A stretch of DNA of 64,000 nucleotides, taken from the IMG/VR virus record IMGVR_UViG_3300034069_000411, one strand, 5' to 3'. Both the position numbers and the translations under genes were made by a program. Origin of the DNA: a virus. Below the pieces are notes generated by a model. It had not been told where the DNA came from. It did no database searches and was given only the letters and a program-made list of their open reading frames with translations. Positions 17,153 through 26,303 of the stretch are shown in pieces (position 1 is the stretch's first letter; every line of letters starts with the position of its first letter).

Positions 17153-20100
17153 CAGGAACGCCTCCGTCCGGCGAGGGTGTTACGGGTGATCGAGCGCGAC
17201 AGCCGCGAGTTCGGGTCAGCCATGGTACGCGCGGCGGCGGGCCCCGCCTCCTCGCGCACGACGCGCCGGGCGATGAAGGTCATATCGTCATCAGACGTCT
17301 GCTGCTGATCCCACGCGATGCCGGGCACATCGCTGCTATCGATCCTGACGTTCATCGGCCGGGCCGAGCCGCCGCCCCCGCCTCGATTGTCATTGGACGC
17401 CGCGCGCGTCTGTCGCATCGTCGACCCGGAGTTGATCGCCTCCAGCAGCGCCCGGTTGTTCGCGGTCGCCCGAGCGTTGACGACGAACTCGCCGTTGGAG
17501 AGGTTCGCCGGCACGCTGTCCGATCGCGGCCCGCCCGGCCCGCGCACCATCCCGCCGTCGGCGAGGTTGAGCGCGACCGACTGGATGTTGGAGATGATCG
17601 ACGCCGTCGATGCAGCCACCGCGGCAATCGCCGGGAGATTGGCCGGGAATGGCAGCGCGGCGGCCTGCGCGATGCCCTGCTGGATCTTGATGATCGCGTC
17701 GGCGATGGCGAACGCCTTGGAGGCCACGAACAGCGCCTTATAGACCGCGTTCTGCTTTCCGATGCTCGCCTCCGCGATCGTCATCAGGCTCTCCGCCGTC
17801 GACTGCGCCGCGTTGATCGCGACCGACTTTCGCGCCTGATCGATCTTGTTCAGGTTGTCGATGTGCTTGCGACGCGCCGCCTCCTCCAGCGCGTCGTAGT
17901 CGACGCCCAGTTTCAGAAGTTCCTCGCGGTTGGCCGCCATCAGATCCTGCTCGCGGGCGTAGCGCGCATCCTCGTCCGCCGTCGCCCCGATGTCCGAGTA
18001 GGTCTGGCCGCTCTTTGGATCGACGCCGGGCATGTCGGAAAGGATGCCTCGCGCGGTACCGCCAAGATCCGAGATCCGGGCGTTGTACTGGGTCTGGTTG
18101 ATCGCGCCCTCGGCGAGCAATTTGTTGAGATCCCGGACGCGGTTTGCGTAATCCTCCTGGGGCTGCCTGACACTTTCGAGGATGGACTGCTGACGCTGCA
18201 GGGCGTCGCTCTGACGCACGGCATTTTCGATCATCTGCGCCTCGGTAGGCGTGAGGGCGCGGCCCAGCCGGTCAGTTTCCTCCAGCTGGCGGTTCAGCAC
18301 CTCGCGGTCGATCCCGGTCTTGCCCTGTACCGCGCGCAGACGGTCCAACGGCTTGACGTAGGCGTTGTCGAACCGTTCCGCGGTCTCGCGCGCCTCGGCG
18401 TCGGTCAGCGCGCCGGTGACTTTCTTGAGGTCCTCGGGGCTGATCGATTCATTGAACCGCCGCTTGTAGTCCTCCTGCACCTTTCCGATCCGTGCCGAGA
18501 GTGCCTCGGAACGGTTGCCGTTGCCGCGGGAGTTCGCCTCGGTGATCGCGCCGGAGACAAAATCCCTCTGCTGCTCGGCCTTGGTCGCCTCGGTCTTTTC
18601 CTCGCGGTTCACCTGCGCCTCACCGGAGGCGTTCGTGGCCTTGCCGACGATCGTAGTCGGTGCCTCGACGTGCAGGTGATCGCGGTGCTGGTCGCTCCCC
18701 CTGATCGGGCCCGTAGGCCCGCTGCCGCCTGCCTCGTAGACCTTGCCGTTCCACAGGACCCGGTAACCGCGCGCCTGATAGCGCCGGGCCAGCGCCTCAA
18801 ACTTGGCGCGCAGATCGGGGACGTTCGATTCGATCACGCCGGTGCCGCTGTTGACGTCGATCGCGTTTTGATGGCCCGACTTGTGCGCGCCCGGCGTGAT
18901 CCCGCCGAACTGCTCATTTTCGCTGACGCGCAGGCCCTGCCCCTGCAACTCCCGGCCGGCGATGCCGATCGCTTGCGCGCGGGTACGGAACCGCGAAACG
19001 CCGTCGCTTGCGTTCGCCGCTTTCTTTTCGTCGGCCGCCGCCTTGATCTGGGCATCGCGTAGTTTGCCGATCCGCAGCAGTTCCTTGCGGTACTCGGCCT
19101 CGCTGATCCCGTTCAGGATCTGCCCCGACTTGCTCCCAGTCTTGCCATCGACCAGCGCGAAATCCTGCCTGCCGGCACCGATCGCCAGTTGGCGGTTCAG
19201 CTTACCGAGCGCCTCGGTGTAACGCAGCGTCGCCGCCGCCTTCTTGTCGAGAGAGGCCTCGACATCGGACTGGATCAACGGCTGCTGCGCCTCACGGACC
19301 GCGCGCTGCCCGTTGGCGATCGAGGTGTCGAGGTCGCTAAGCTGGGCCTTGAGGCGCTGTAGCTCCTGCGCGGCGTTCCGGGCCGCGAGCGCGACACCGG
19401 CCTCGGCCGCGGGGTCGCCGCCGATCGTCGGCACCTTGTAGCCGTCGACCGTCTTCTGCTGCGCCGCGATCCTTGCAACCAGACCGGTTCGGCTATCCTG
19501 CTGACGGGAAACCGATTGCCGGGCGCTCGATAGCGTCAACTGCGCCTGCTGGCGCTGCGTCAGGATTGACCGGTCGAGTTCATCGTTCAGCCGCTTCTGG
19601 GCGTCGATCTGTCCCTCGATCGTCTTCGTGAACGCCTCATGCGCGGTGCGCGCAACGTCAGCCTCGTGCGCATCCTTCTTGAGTTTGTCGGCCATGTTGT
19701 CGGTCTCGTTACCGGCCTTGTAGGCGCTGTAAGCGAGGTTACCGAGGACCGACACGGCGGCGAGGATCAGCGAGCCGAACGGGCCCGCCATGTAGGTCGC
19801 GACCTTGCCGGCCGTACCCGCGGTGCCGAGAGCAAGCGACAGCGCCGACGCGGTCTGACCGCCCTGCTGCGCCAATACGACGAGCGGGTTGATGCCCAGC
19901 GCAAGCGTCTGGGTGATGTCCTGAATCTGGAAACCTAGCTGCGTGTACCCGGCGCGCTGCTGACCGATCGAGACCGTGTTGCTCCGGCCCGCCTGCTCCG
20001 ACAGCCTTTGGACCTGGCCGTACCGCTCCTGCGTGATCACGCCGGCATCGAGCAGCACCTTGGCGTCGGCGAGTAGCATGTTGAGGCGCTGCTGCCCGGC

Positions 20101-20505
20101 CGCCTCGGCGTCGGTCGCCTGCAGGACGCGGCGTAGCGCGGCGTCGAGCGAGGCCTGCCCCTTCGCCGCGTTCCCCGCCTGCCGGCCCAGATCCTCGGTC
20201 GATTTGCCCGCGCGGATGCCGGACGCGGCCAGCTGATCGAGCGAGGCCGCTACGGTCTTGTTCGATGACGCGACGGTGGCCGATTGCCGGCTGACATCGG
20301 CAAGGCTGCCCTCAAGGCTGTCGAGCCGGCTGATCAGGTTGCCGACAGAGCGATCGAACCCCGAGGGGTCGAACGCCCTGTCGATTGCCGTCTTGGTGGC
20401 CGTCGCCTCCTGCGCCACCTGACGCAGATCCTGCTTTACCTTCTGCGTGCCCTGGGTGACGCCGGCCGCGTCGACCTTGGCGTAGATGGGATATTCAGCT
20501 GCCAC
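17152..20505 (-). CDS. tape measure protein with embedded LAS/M23-like peptidase motifs (1117 aa)
   Basis: Length, coiled-coil and Ala/Gln-rich composition, position after the G/G-T genes. HKSGHQNAIDV ... HRDHLHVE. Confidence 0.85.
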   Translation of the reverse strand: MAAEYPIYAKVDAAGVTQGTQKVKQDLRQVAQEATATKTAIDRAFDPSGFDRSVGNLISRLDSLEGSLADVSRQSATVASSNKTVAASLDQLAASGIRAGKSTEDLGRQAGNAAKGQASLDAALRRVLQATDAEAAGQQRLNMLLADAKVLLDAGVITQERYGQVQRLSEQAGRSNTVSIGQQRAGYTQLGFQIQDITQTLALGINPLVVLAQQGGQTASALSLALGTAGTAGKVATYMAGPFGSLILAAVSVLGNLAYSAYKAGNETDNMADKLKKDAHEADVARTAHEAFTKTIEGQIDAQKRLNDELDRSILTQRQQAQLTLSSARQSVSRQQDSRTGLVARIAAQQKTVDGYKVPTIGGDPAAEAGVALAARNAAQELQRLKAQLSDLDTSIANGQRAVREAQQPLIQSDVEASLDKKAAATLRYTEALGKLNRQLAIGAGRQDFALVDGKTGSKSGQILNGISEAEYRKELLRIGKLRDAQIKAAADEKKAANASDGVSRFRTRAQAIGIAGRELQGQGLRVSENEQFGGITPGAHKSGHQNAIDVNSGTGVIESNVPDLRAKFEALARRYQARGYRVLWNGKVYEAGGSGPTGPIRGSDQHRDHLHVEAPTTIVGKATNASGEAQVNREEKTEATKAEQQRDFVSGAITEANSRGNGNRSEALSARIGKVQEDYKRRFNESISPEDLKKVTGALTDAEARETAERFDNAYVKPLDRLRAVQGKTGIDREVLNRQLEETDRLGRALTPTEAQMIENAVRQSDALQRQQSILESVRQPQEDYANRVRDLNKLLAEGAINQTQYNARISDLGGTARGILSDMPGVDPKSGQTYSDIGATADEDARYAREQDLMAANREELLKLGVDYDALEEAARRKHIDNLNKIDQARKSVAINAAQSTAESLMTIAEASIGKQNAVYKALFVASKAFAIADAIIKIQQGIAQAAALPFPANLPAIAAVAASTASIISNIQSVALNLADGGMVRGPGGPRSDSVPANLSNGEFVVNARATANNRALLEAINSGSTMRQTRAASNDNRGGGGGSARPMNVRIDSSDVPGIAWDQQQTSDDDMTFIARRVVREEAGPAAARTMADPNSRLSRSITRNTLAGRRRS

Positions 20506-21309
20506 CGCTTTCCGCCTTGATCTGTTCTACCCGCCACCGCCGTTCGGTACCGTCCATGCGGGAGATAACAGACCAGAGGGCGTTTGCCACGTCCGGCGCG
20601 AGTAGCTTACGGGCCGCGTAATCCATGGTCCTATCCCAAGGGATCGGGCCGTCGGGGTGCCTGCAGGTGCCGAGGTCACGGTAGGCCTCGTAAAAGAACT
20701 CACACCCGACCGGCTGGGGCGGCTCATTGAGCGACCAATGGTCGGGTGGGAGTTTGCGCCGTTTCTTTTTCGCCGACCGGACGGAGTACCCGTCGCGCTC
20801 GTAACGCAACTCCCACTGGAGGCGGTCGGCTAGGAGTTTCCCAGCGCGGCGGCCTGCACTTCGCTGATGGTCTTGCCGTCGATGAAATTGTGAATGTTGG
20901 CGACGAAATTGCGCAGCGGGTCGAACATCCAGAGCGGCACAGCTTTGAAGAACGCGTAACAGTTGTCGGCGCTGAAATCGGGCTCCTCACCGTTCACGTC
21001 TTTAGGTGGGGTGCCCCACTTCTTTGCGCACGCGCGCGAGAGCAGCTTGCGGTCCACCTCGCGATCGGCCTCGATCTGGGCGGCCATCTGCTCTGGCGTC
21101 AGGGGCCCCGGCTTCGTTCCCCGGGGCTCCTTTGCGATCCGTTCCGACGACGCGATCGACAGCCGCATGCGCTCGTTGATGAAGTCCTTGTTGCTGTCGA
21201 CGGCCGGCGCAAACCAGATCGACGGCGAGCCCGGAAGGTCACCGAACACATACTCCCGCAGAGTTTCCTCGGTGGGGTTGAACGCGGAATAGTCGAACGT
21301 GACGGTCAT
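20495..21309 (-). CDS. tail assembly chaperone G-T fusion via -1 frameshift
   Basis: The -1 frame is open across the G stop from at least 20860 down to 20495. Slip site G GGA AAC lies 2 codons before TAG. Confidence 0.6.
20830..21309 (-). CDS. tail assembly chaperone (G-like, 159 aa)
   Basis: Lies between the tail tube and tape measure genes and ends just after the slippery heptamer. Confidence 0.7.
   Translation of the reverse strand: MTVTFDYSAFNPTEETLREYVFGDLPGSPSIWFAPAVDSNKDFINERMRLSIASSERIAKEPRGTKPGPLTPEQMAAQIEADREVDRKLLSRACAKKWGTPPKDVNGEEPDFSADNCYAFFKAVPLWMFDPLRNFVANIHNFIDGKTISEVQAAALGNS
20836..20842 (-). other. programmed -1 frameshift heptamer GGGAAAC
   Basis: X XXY YYZ in the zero frame (CTG GGA AAC TCC TAG). 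Compare lambda G GGA AAG. Confidence 0.65.
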
Positions 21310-21327
21310 GTGGCGATGCCTTTCAGA

Positions 21328-22842
21328 TTAAGCGCAGGGCTGCGCGGGGAGGGCGGGGAAGAACGACCAGCCGCAGGTGAAGCCGATAGGCTCCTCCTGA
21401 TGCGCCGCAAAGGTGTCATTCAGCAGCACGGACTGATTGGCGGGATAGTCACGGCCACCGCCGGTCAGAGTGCCCGTCGGGAGATCCATCGCGACGCCGC
21501 CGTCACCATTGCGCAGCACCCAGTCGAAGCCGACCGTCTTGTTGCAGCGGACGCGCTCGATAACGTCCGCGTTCGTGAACAGCATCTGGTTTTCGACGTC
21601 GACCTCAATGTCACCCGCGTTAAGGTATTTCGGCCCGAGGCGGGCCAGCACCTTCTCACCGGCGACGTTATTGGTGAGCGTGAAAGTCGCCGACTTGAAG
21701 TCGGTCGTTAGGCCCTCTTCGTCGACATCCTGTACGCGGAGGCGCGCGATATCCGACGCGGTACCGAACGCCTCGGTCTGCCCGCCGACCTTGGCATCGG
21801 CGGCATTCGCGGCGCGGGCCGACGTCGGGTTGAGCGTGTTGACGCCGACGAAACCCAGCGTAACCGTCGCCTTGCCCGACAGCGGGATCGCGATCGAGAT
21901 ACTGTCAGCCCAGTTGCCGATCGAGTACTCGTATCCCGTGAGCCCGCCCGGCATGAGGTTCGGGCTCGCCAGCTCAAACTGCGCGCTCGGCTGGAAGAAG
22001 TCGGGGTGGTCGATGTCGACGTTGCGCACGAATTGGCCGAACAGGATGTCGACCGCGATACCCGTGCCGGCGTCTGCGACAAAATCCTGATCGCGCTTAG
22101 CGAGCGTCAGCTTGTGAGCCGCGATCTGGGAGACGCGGGCAAAGCCGAAGTTCTCGTCGTTCGCGAACTGATTTAGCAGGTCGAGGCCGCCGATGTGGAT
22201 CACCTGCCCGGCGACGATGCCCAGCGTCGTGAAGTCGAGCGCAACCGACAGCAGGTTACCCGCGCCGTCGATCGAGAGGTCGCCGGTCGCGGCTCGGACA
22301 CCCGCCACCGACACCTCGACCAGATCGTCGATCGCCGGGGTCTCGGTAGCTAGCCCGGCCACCGTGATGACAGACGAGCCCGCGGCCGAGGCGGCTGCGA
22401 GAGGCTTGACGCCGTTGTTCCCGTCGATCGCGAAGCCGCGGCCATGAACGAGGGTCTTGGCACCCCCGGCGCTGTAGATCAGGCGCGACGCCTGCTGCGC
22501 CGACAGTGCGGGGATCGAGTAGGCGGCATTGGTGGCCCCGAGCGGCGCGAAGGCGTCGCCGCCGACATAGCGCGCAAACATGAAATGCTCGGCGAACAGG
22601 CGAAGGTGCGTCAGGGTGACGTCCGCCTCGATCTCGACCGCGCTGTCCAGGTCGGTGATCACGCCCTTGCGTCGCGCGCGGGCTTTGCTGATCGGCGTGC
22701 GGTTCGTCTTGGAGATGGTGGTACCGAACGAGTTGATCGTGTTCGGCTCGAGTTCGAACCACTGCGGCGTCACGGGAAGCACACCGAGGCTGGCCTCCCG
22801 CGCGAACGACAGCGACATTCCGTTGGTCAATACGCGGCCCAT
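21328..22842 (-). CDS. major tail (tube) protein, unusually large (504 aa)
   Basis: Position between the tail-terminator-like gene and the chaperones. No motif-level confirmation. Confidence 0.65.
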   Translation of the reverse strand: MGRVLTNGMSLSFAREASLGVLPVTPQWFELEPNTINSFGTTISKTNRTPISKARARRKGVITDLDSAVEIEADVTLTHLRLFAEHFMFARYVGGDAFAPLGATNAAYSIPALSAQQASRLIYSAGGAKTLVHGRGFAIDGNNGVKPLAAASAAGSSVITVAGLATETPAIDDLVEVSVAGVRAATGDLSIDGAGNLLSVALDFTTLGIVAGQVIHIGGLDLLNQFANDENFGFARVSQIAAHKLTLAKRDQDFVADAGTGIAVDILFGQFVRNVDIDHPDFFQPSAQFELASPNLMPGGLTGYEYSIGNWADSISIAIPLSGKATVTLGFVGVNTLNPTSARAANAADAKVGGQTEAFGTASDIARLRVQDVDEEGLTTDFKSATFTLTNNVAGEKVLARLGPKYLNAGDIEVDVENQMLFTNADVIERVRCNKTVGFDWVLRNGDGGVAMDLPTGTLTGGGRDYPANQSVLLNDTFAAHQEEPIGFTCGWSFFPALPAQPCA

Positions 22843-22889
22843 GGTGCCCTCCTGAAAAGCCCGCCGCCCCGGCGCTTTTCCGGCGCGGC

Positions 22890-23318
22890 CTATCGGATGT
22901 CTTCGTAGTCGAATCGGCCCTCCACCACAACGGCGCGGTATCGGCCCCCGTCGCTGTCGAAGGTGTCACCGGGCTCGACCGTCCCGAACCGCACATCGTG
23001 TACCGTCAGGAGGCGGCAATTCTCGAAGATCCGGGCCGCGCGTTCGCCCGCGATCGTCAGCCGCTCGACGCCGTCACCCGGCGGCACGAACAGCTGCACG
23101 TACACGACCCCGACGCGGTCCATCTTTCGGTTGCCCGGCCGCCCGATCGTACCGGGCCCACCGGGGCGGCGTTTCACGCTGAACCGCGCCCAGAGCCCCT
23201 CCGGCGGATCGAAGGTCTCGTCCTCAAAGCAGTAGGGGGTAGCGGGCTCGCCGCCATCTACCCACGCATCGGTCCAACGCTGATACAGCGCCTCCTGCAC
23301 CTCACCCCAGACCGTCAC
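22890..23318 (-). CDS. tail terminator-like protein (142 aa)
   Basis: Synteny only, possibly DUF4128-like. Confidence 0.5.
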   Translation of the reverse strand: MTVWGEVQEALYQRWTDAWVDGGEPATPYCFEDETFDPPEGLWARFSVKRRPGGPGTIGRPGNRKMDRVGVVYVQLFVPPGDGVERLTIAGERAARIFENCRLLTVHDVRFGTVEPGDTFDSDGGRYRAVVVEGRFDYEDIR

Positions 23319-23803
23319 CGCGCTCTCCTCTTAGATTGCCGCGCCTTAGCCGCCCTGCGGGCCCGTGTCGCCTTTGACGCGCCCGCGGAGTAGGTCTCGC
23401 GGATAGCCTTCTCGATGGCGATCTGCACGAACCCCCTGGGCGACTGTGTGCTGTGCCCGTTGTTGAGCGGCTGGATGTACGGGACGCTGTTGGTGATGAA
23501 GATTGACCCGTCGGCCGGCTTCCACGCCAGCAGCGCGTTCCGGCCGGTATCGGCGACCGCGGCACGGGCCGCGATGTCAGCCGACGACGGATCCTTTTTG
23601 TCGCTGTCGAGAAACTTGGGCTCCCCGATGCTGGGGACCCAGTTTGCGCTCGCCCACCCGGTGTCGATCGGGGTGCCGCCGGGTGGGCTGTCGCGAAGGT
23701 TCGCGTCCACGTTCAGTGATAGCGCGACGATCTCAAGGCGGGTGAACCGCTCGAGGTCGGCGACGATGAAGTCGATCTCCTCGAGTTCGGTTTCCTTCGC
23801 CAT
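23315..23803 (-). CDS. HK97 gp10-like head-tail joining protein (162 aa)
   Basis: DTGWASANW and ITNSVPYIQPLN motifs. Basic C-terminal tail. Confidence 0.6.
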   Translation of the reverse strand: MAKETELEEIDFIVADLERFTRLEIVALSLNVDANLRDSPPGGTPIDTGWASANWVPSIGEPKFLDSDKKDPSSADIAARAAVADTGRNALLAWKPADGSIFITNSVPYIQPLNNGHSTQSPRGFVQIAIEKAIRETYSAGASKATRARRAAKARQSKRRAR

Positions 23804-24301
23804 TTAGCCCTCCGAGGTGCCGCCCCCGGTACCCGTCCCGGGCTCGCCGCCGGTCAGGTTATCGGTCACCACAGCCGTCGGTTGCGCGTCACCCTCCGGC
23901 TCCGGATCGATGTCCGCGGGCAGCGGCTCAACGCCCGTGTCGATGCCGTGCTGCACCACCTCGGCGCGCAGCGCGTCAGCCGCTTCCCGGCCCTGTACCT
24001 TCGTCGGCCGGATCCACGGGGCCCGGACCATGAACCAGTTACCGCGGAGCGGCTCCAGTTCGGTCAGACGCTCCGCAGCGTCGGCTACGCTCTCGACCGG
24101 GGTCGGGCGTGCCTGATTGCGGTAGATGACGCGCTTGGACCGCCAGAGACGCTCGGCGACGGCCTCAAGGATCTCTCCGCGCTGGTCGCTCTCCTCGTCG
24201 ACGATGACGATGCGGTCACCGGCGTGCAGGTCGTAGCCATTGAGGGTGCCGAACTTCGCCATAACGAGCGGCTGGGTCGGGTCGAACGTGTCGGTGGACA
24301 T
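23804..24301 (-). CDS. hypothetical head-tail module protein (165 aa)
   Basis: Synteny only. Gly/Thr-rich C-terminus. Confidence 0.4.
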   Translation of the reverse strand: MSTDTFDPTQPLVMAKFGTLNGYDLHAGDRIVIVDEESDQRGEILEAVAERLWRSKRVIYRNQARPTPVESVADAAERLTELEPLRGNWFMVRAPWIRPTKVQGREAADALRAEVVQHGIDTGVEPLPADIDPEPEGDAQPTAVVTDNLTGGEPGTGTGGGTSEG

Positions 24302-24340
24302 GGGATGCTCCTTTCGATCTTGGGGCCCTGATACACCAAC

Positions 24341-24370
24341 GGCCCGCCCCCCGGATATAGGGGACGGGCC
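24341..24370 (-). terminator. conserved bulged-A hairpin (family copy 1)
   Basis: GGCCCGCCCC-loop-GGGGACGGGCC, 22 nt after stop 24392. The minus-strand read is followed by GTTGGTG. Confidence 0.45.
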
Positions 24371-24391
24371 GTCGGGCGGTTGGCGGGCTGA

Positions 24392-25192
24392 TCAGCCCTC
24401 GTTGTCGGTGGGGGGCTCCCAGCCCTCGGGCGGGCCGGCGTCACGGATCTCGTCGGCCGCGGCGTTGGCGTTGTCCTCGCCCTCGATCGTGACCGGCTCG
24501 TCAAGCCATGCCGCGGTGATGACGAACGTGCCCTCGTCGGTGCCGGCCGTGATCGTCACGGGATCCGCCGGGGGGCCCTCGGCGCGCCACTGGGTGGCAA
24601 GATCCCGGGCGGCCTCCTCACCCTGCACCTTGGCGACGTTTTCGGGATCCCAGTTTGCCGAGACGCCCCACCAGCCGTTTTCGCCGGGGGTCAGCGTGAC
24701 GCCGTGATGATATGCGGGCTCGCCGACATCGTGCAGCTGACGCTGTGCCTTCTCCGCATTCTCGCGGCCCTGATAGGCGATTGGCTCATCCAGCCACGGC
24801 GCGTCGACGTGGTACCAGCCGCCGTCGTTGGGGCCGTCGATCGTCGTCAGGGTGCCGCCCGCGATCCAGCCGAGCGGCGGGCCATCCTTGCGCAGCTGCG
24901 CGGCGGCCTCTTCCATCTTGGCCTTGCCGCGGGCGCGGATCGGCTCGTCGAGCCACGGTGCGGAGACGTTGTAATAACCGCCGCTGACCTGGACTACCGA
25001 GACCGGATCCGCATCGGCCGTCTTCTCCGGCGCGAAGTTGATCATGCGGCTCTCGTACATCATCGACAGGCGGGTCGGGGTCGCCGCGGTCTTATCGAAT
25101 GTGTCGCCGGAACCGTGATCGGTACCGGCGAAGGTGAAGCCCCGGGCAGCGACGAAGTCGCGGGCGGGATCGAAGCGAGGACGGACTGCCAC
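24392..25192 (-). CDS. head-module protein with four tandem ~45-aa repeats (266 aa)
   Basis: Directly downstream of the capsid gene. Repeat core G-W/Y-Y-x-V-x-A-P-W-L-D-E-P...GPP. Confidence 0.6.
   Translation of the reverse strand: MAVRPRFDPARDFVAARGFTFAGTDHGSGDTFDKTAATPTRLSMMYESRMINFAPEKTADADPVSVVQVSGGYYNVSAPWLDEPIRARGKAKMEEAAAQLRKDGPPLGWIAGGTLTTIDGPNDGGWYHVDAPWLDEPIAYQGRENAEKAQRQLHDVGEPAYHHGVTLTPGENGWWGVSANWDPENVAKVQGEEAARDLATQWRAEGPPADPVTITAGTDEGTFVITAAWLDEPVTIEGEDNANAAADEIRDAGPPEGWEPPTDNEG
24419..25000 (-). repeat. 4 x ~45-aa coding tandem repeat
   Basis: YYNVSAPWLDEPIRARG.., WYHVDAPWLDEPIAYQG.., WWGVSANWDPENVAKVQG.., FVITAAWLDEPVTIEG.. Confidence 0.7.
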
Positions 25193-25222
25193 GGGGCTTC
25201 CTTTTCAGTTTAGGCGGCGCGC

Positions 25223-26239
25223 TTAGTTGCGCACCGCTCCGTTGATGAACACGGCCATGTCGTCGGCGACCTTCTTGAAGCCGAACGCCTGACGGCTGTG
25301 GAAGTAGTCGCTGTAAGCGCGCCCGTCACGCCCCCGGCTGATCACGCCGCCCATGTCGTTGGTCTGCCCCGGGACGAGGCTGTCCCACGCGAACATCGCG
25401 ATCGAGGTCGGGCTGTTGAGCGACGGGTTGCGATCGATGTAGCCGAGCCACGCGCTGTTCGGATCGACGATGTACGACAGATCCTTGCCGCCCATGTTGG
25501 TGCCGTCGTTCTTGTTCGGGATGCGCTCCGCCGCCGTGTTGTAGAGCGCGCGGGCGACCCGGACCTCCTCGACCTCGAACAGCGCCGCCATGATCGCGTT
25601 CGTGATCGCGGCCGACGACGTGTACTTGGTGCGGTCGATGAACTCGGGGTGGTTCTTCAGCCGCTTGCGCGTGTTCGACCCGAGGATTAGGACGTTCGGC
25701 TCCATGCCGGTTGCGGCGCGGATCAGTTCCTTCCAATCCTCGATGTCGCTGATCGGCGTCGAGGCGGCGTCATCCCAGTACAGGAACTGGTCCTGACCCG
25801 GGTTGGCCGCGGCACCGTCGACCTGCATGCCCCAGACGCCGGCCTTGAAGAACTGCGTCGCCCAGAGGCGGTCGGCGCGGATCATCTGCTTGCCGGTCAG
25901 CAGGCGGGTTGCATTCTCGTCGATGCGGCCCTGCTGGCGGCTGTTCTGGCGGGTGCGGTCATCGACCACATGCTCCAGCGCCCATTCCTCGGCGCTGTAG
26001 GTGTCCTCGGACATGCCGTAGGTGACCTGGACGGGTCGGCCGCCGAGCGGGCGGACCTGCGCTTCGTCGCGCCAGAAATAGCCGGGCGGGTACACGTCGT
26101 ACTTGCCCGATTCCTGCGTCACGGTGATACGCGACGAGCCGGCACCGGCGACGAAAGTCGCGGCATCGGCCTGCAGCGAGTAGCTGAAGTTGGTCAGGTA
26201 AGCATCGGGGTTCGTGTCCCCGGAGATTGCCTTCGGCAT
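25223..26239 (-). CDS. major capsid protein (338 aa)
   Basis: Size and position after the scaffold and decoration genes. Upstream intergenic hairpin GGAGCC-ccaa-GGCTCC. Confidence 0.75.
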   Translation of the reverse strand: MPKAISGDTNPDAYLTNFSYSLQADAATFVAGAGSSRITVTQESGKYDVYPPGYFWRDEAQVRPLGGRPVQVTYGMSEDTYSAEEWALEHVVDDRTRQNSRQQGRIDENATRLLTGKQMIRADRLWATQFFKAGVWGMQVDGAAANPGQDQFLYWDDAASTPISDIEDWKELIRAATGMEPNVLILGSNTRKRLKNHPEFIDRTKYTSSAAITNAIMAALFEVEEVRVARALYNTAAERIPNKNDGTNMGGKDLSYIVDPNSAWLGYIDRNPSLNSPTSIAMFAWDSLVPGQTNDMGGVISRGRDGRAYSDYFHSRQAFGFKKVADDMAVFINGAVRN

Positions 26240-26303
26240 ATTCTCGTCCTTCTCTCTCTAGGTCACGGAGCCCCAAGGCTCCGGCTGATCCCCGGCGGGG
26301 GAA

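Noticed and set aside
17863-19062. A long antisense ORF (399 aa) opposite the tape measure gene. There are similar long ORFs at 20746..21711, 26780..27574, 34161..34775, 47120..47938, 48256..49020, 58391..59473 and 61086..61673.
   Set aside because: They sit opposite genes with clear motifs or synteny. They are Arg/Gly/Pro/Ala/Leu-rich as expected for stop-poor frames in GC-rich DNA, and they have no SD or coupling. I treated them as compositional artefacts.
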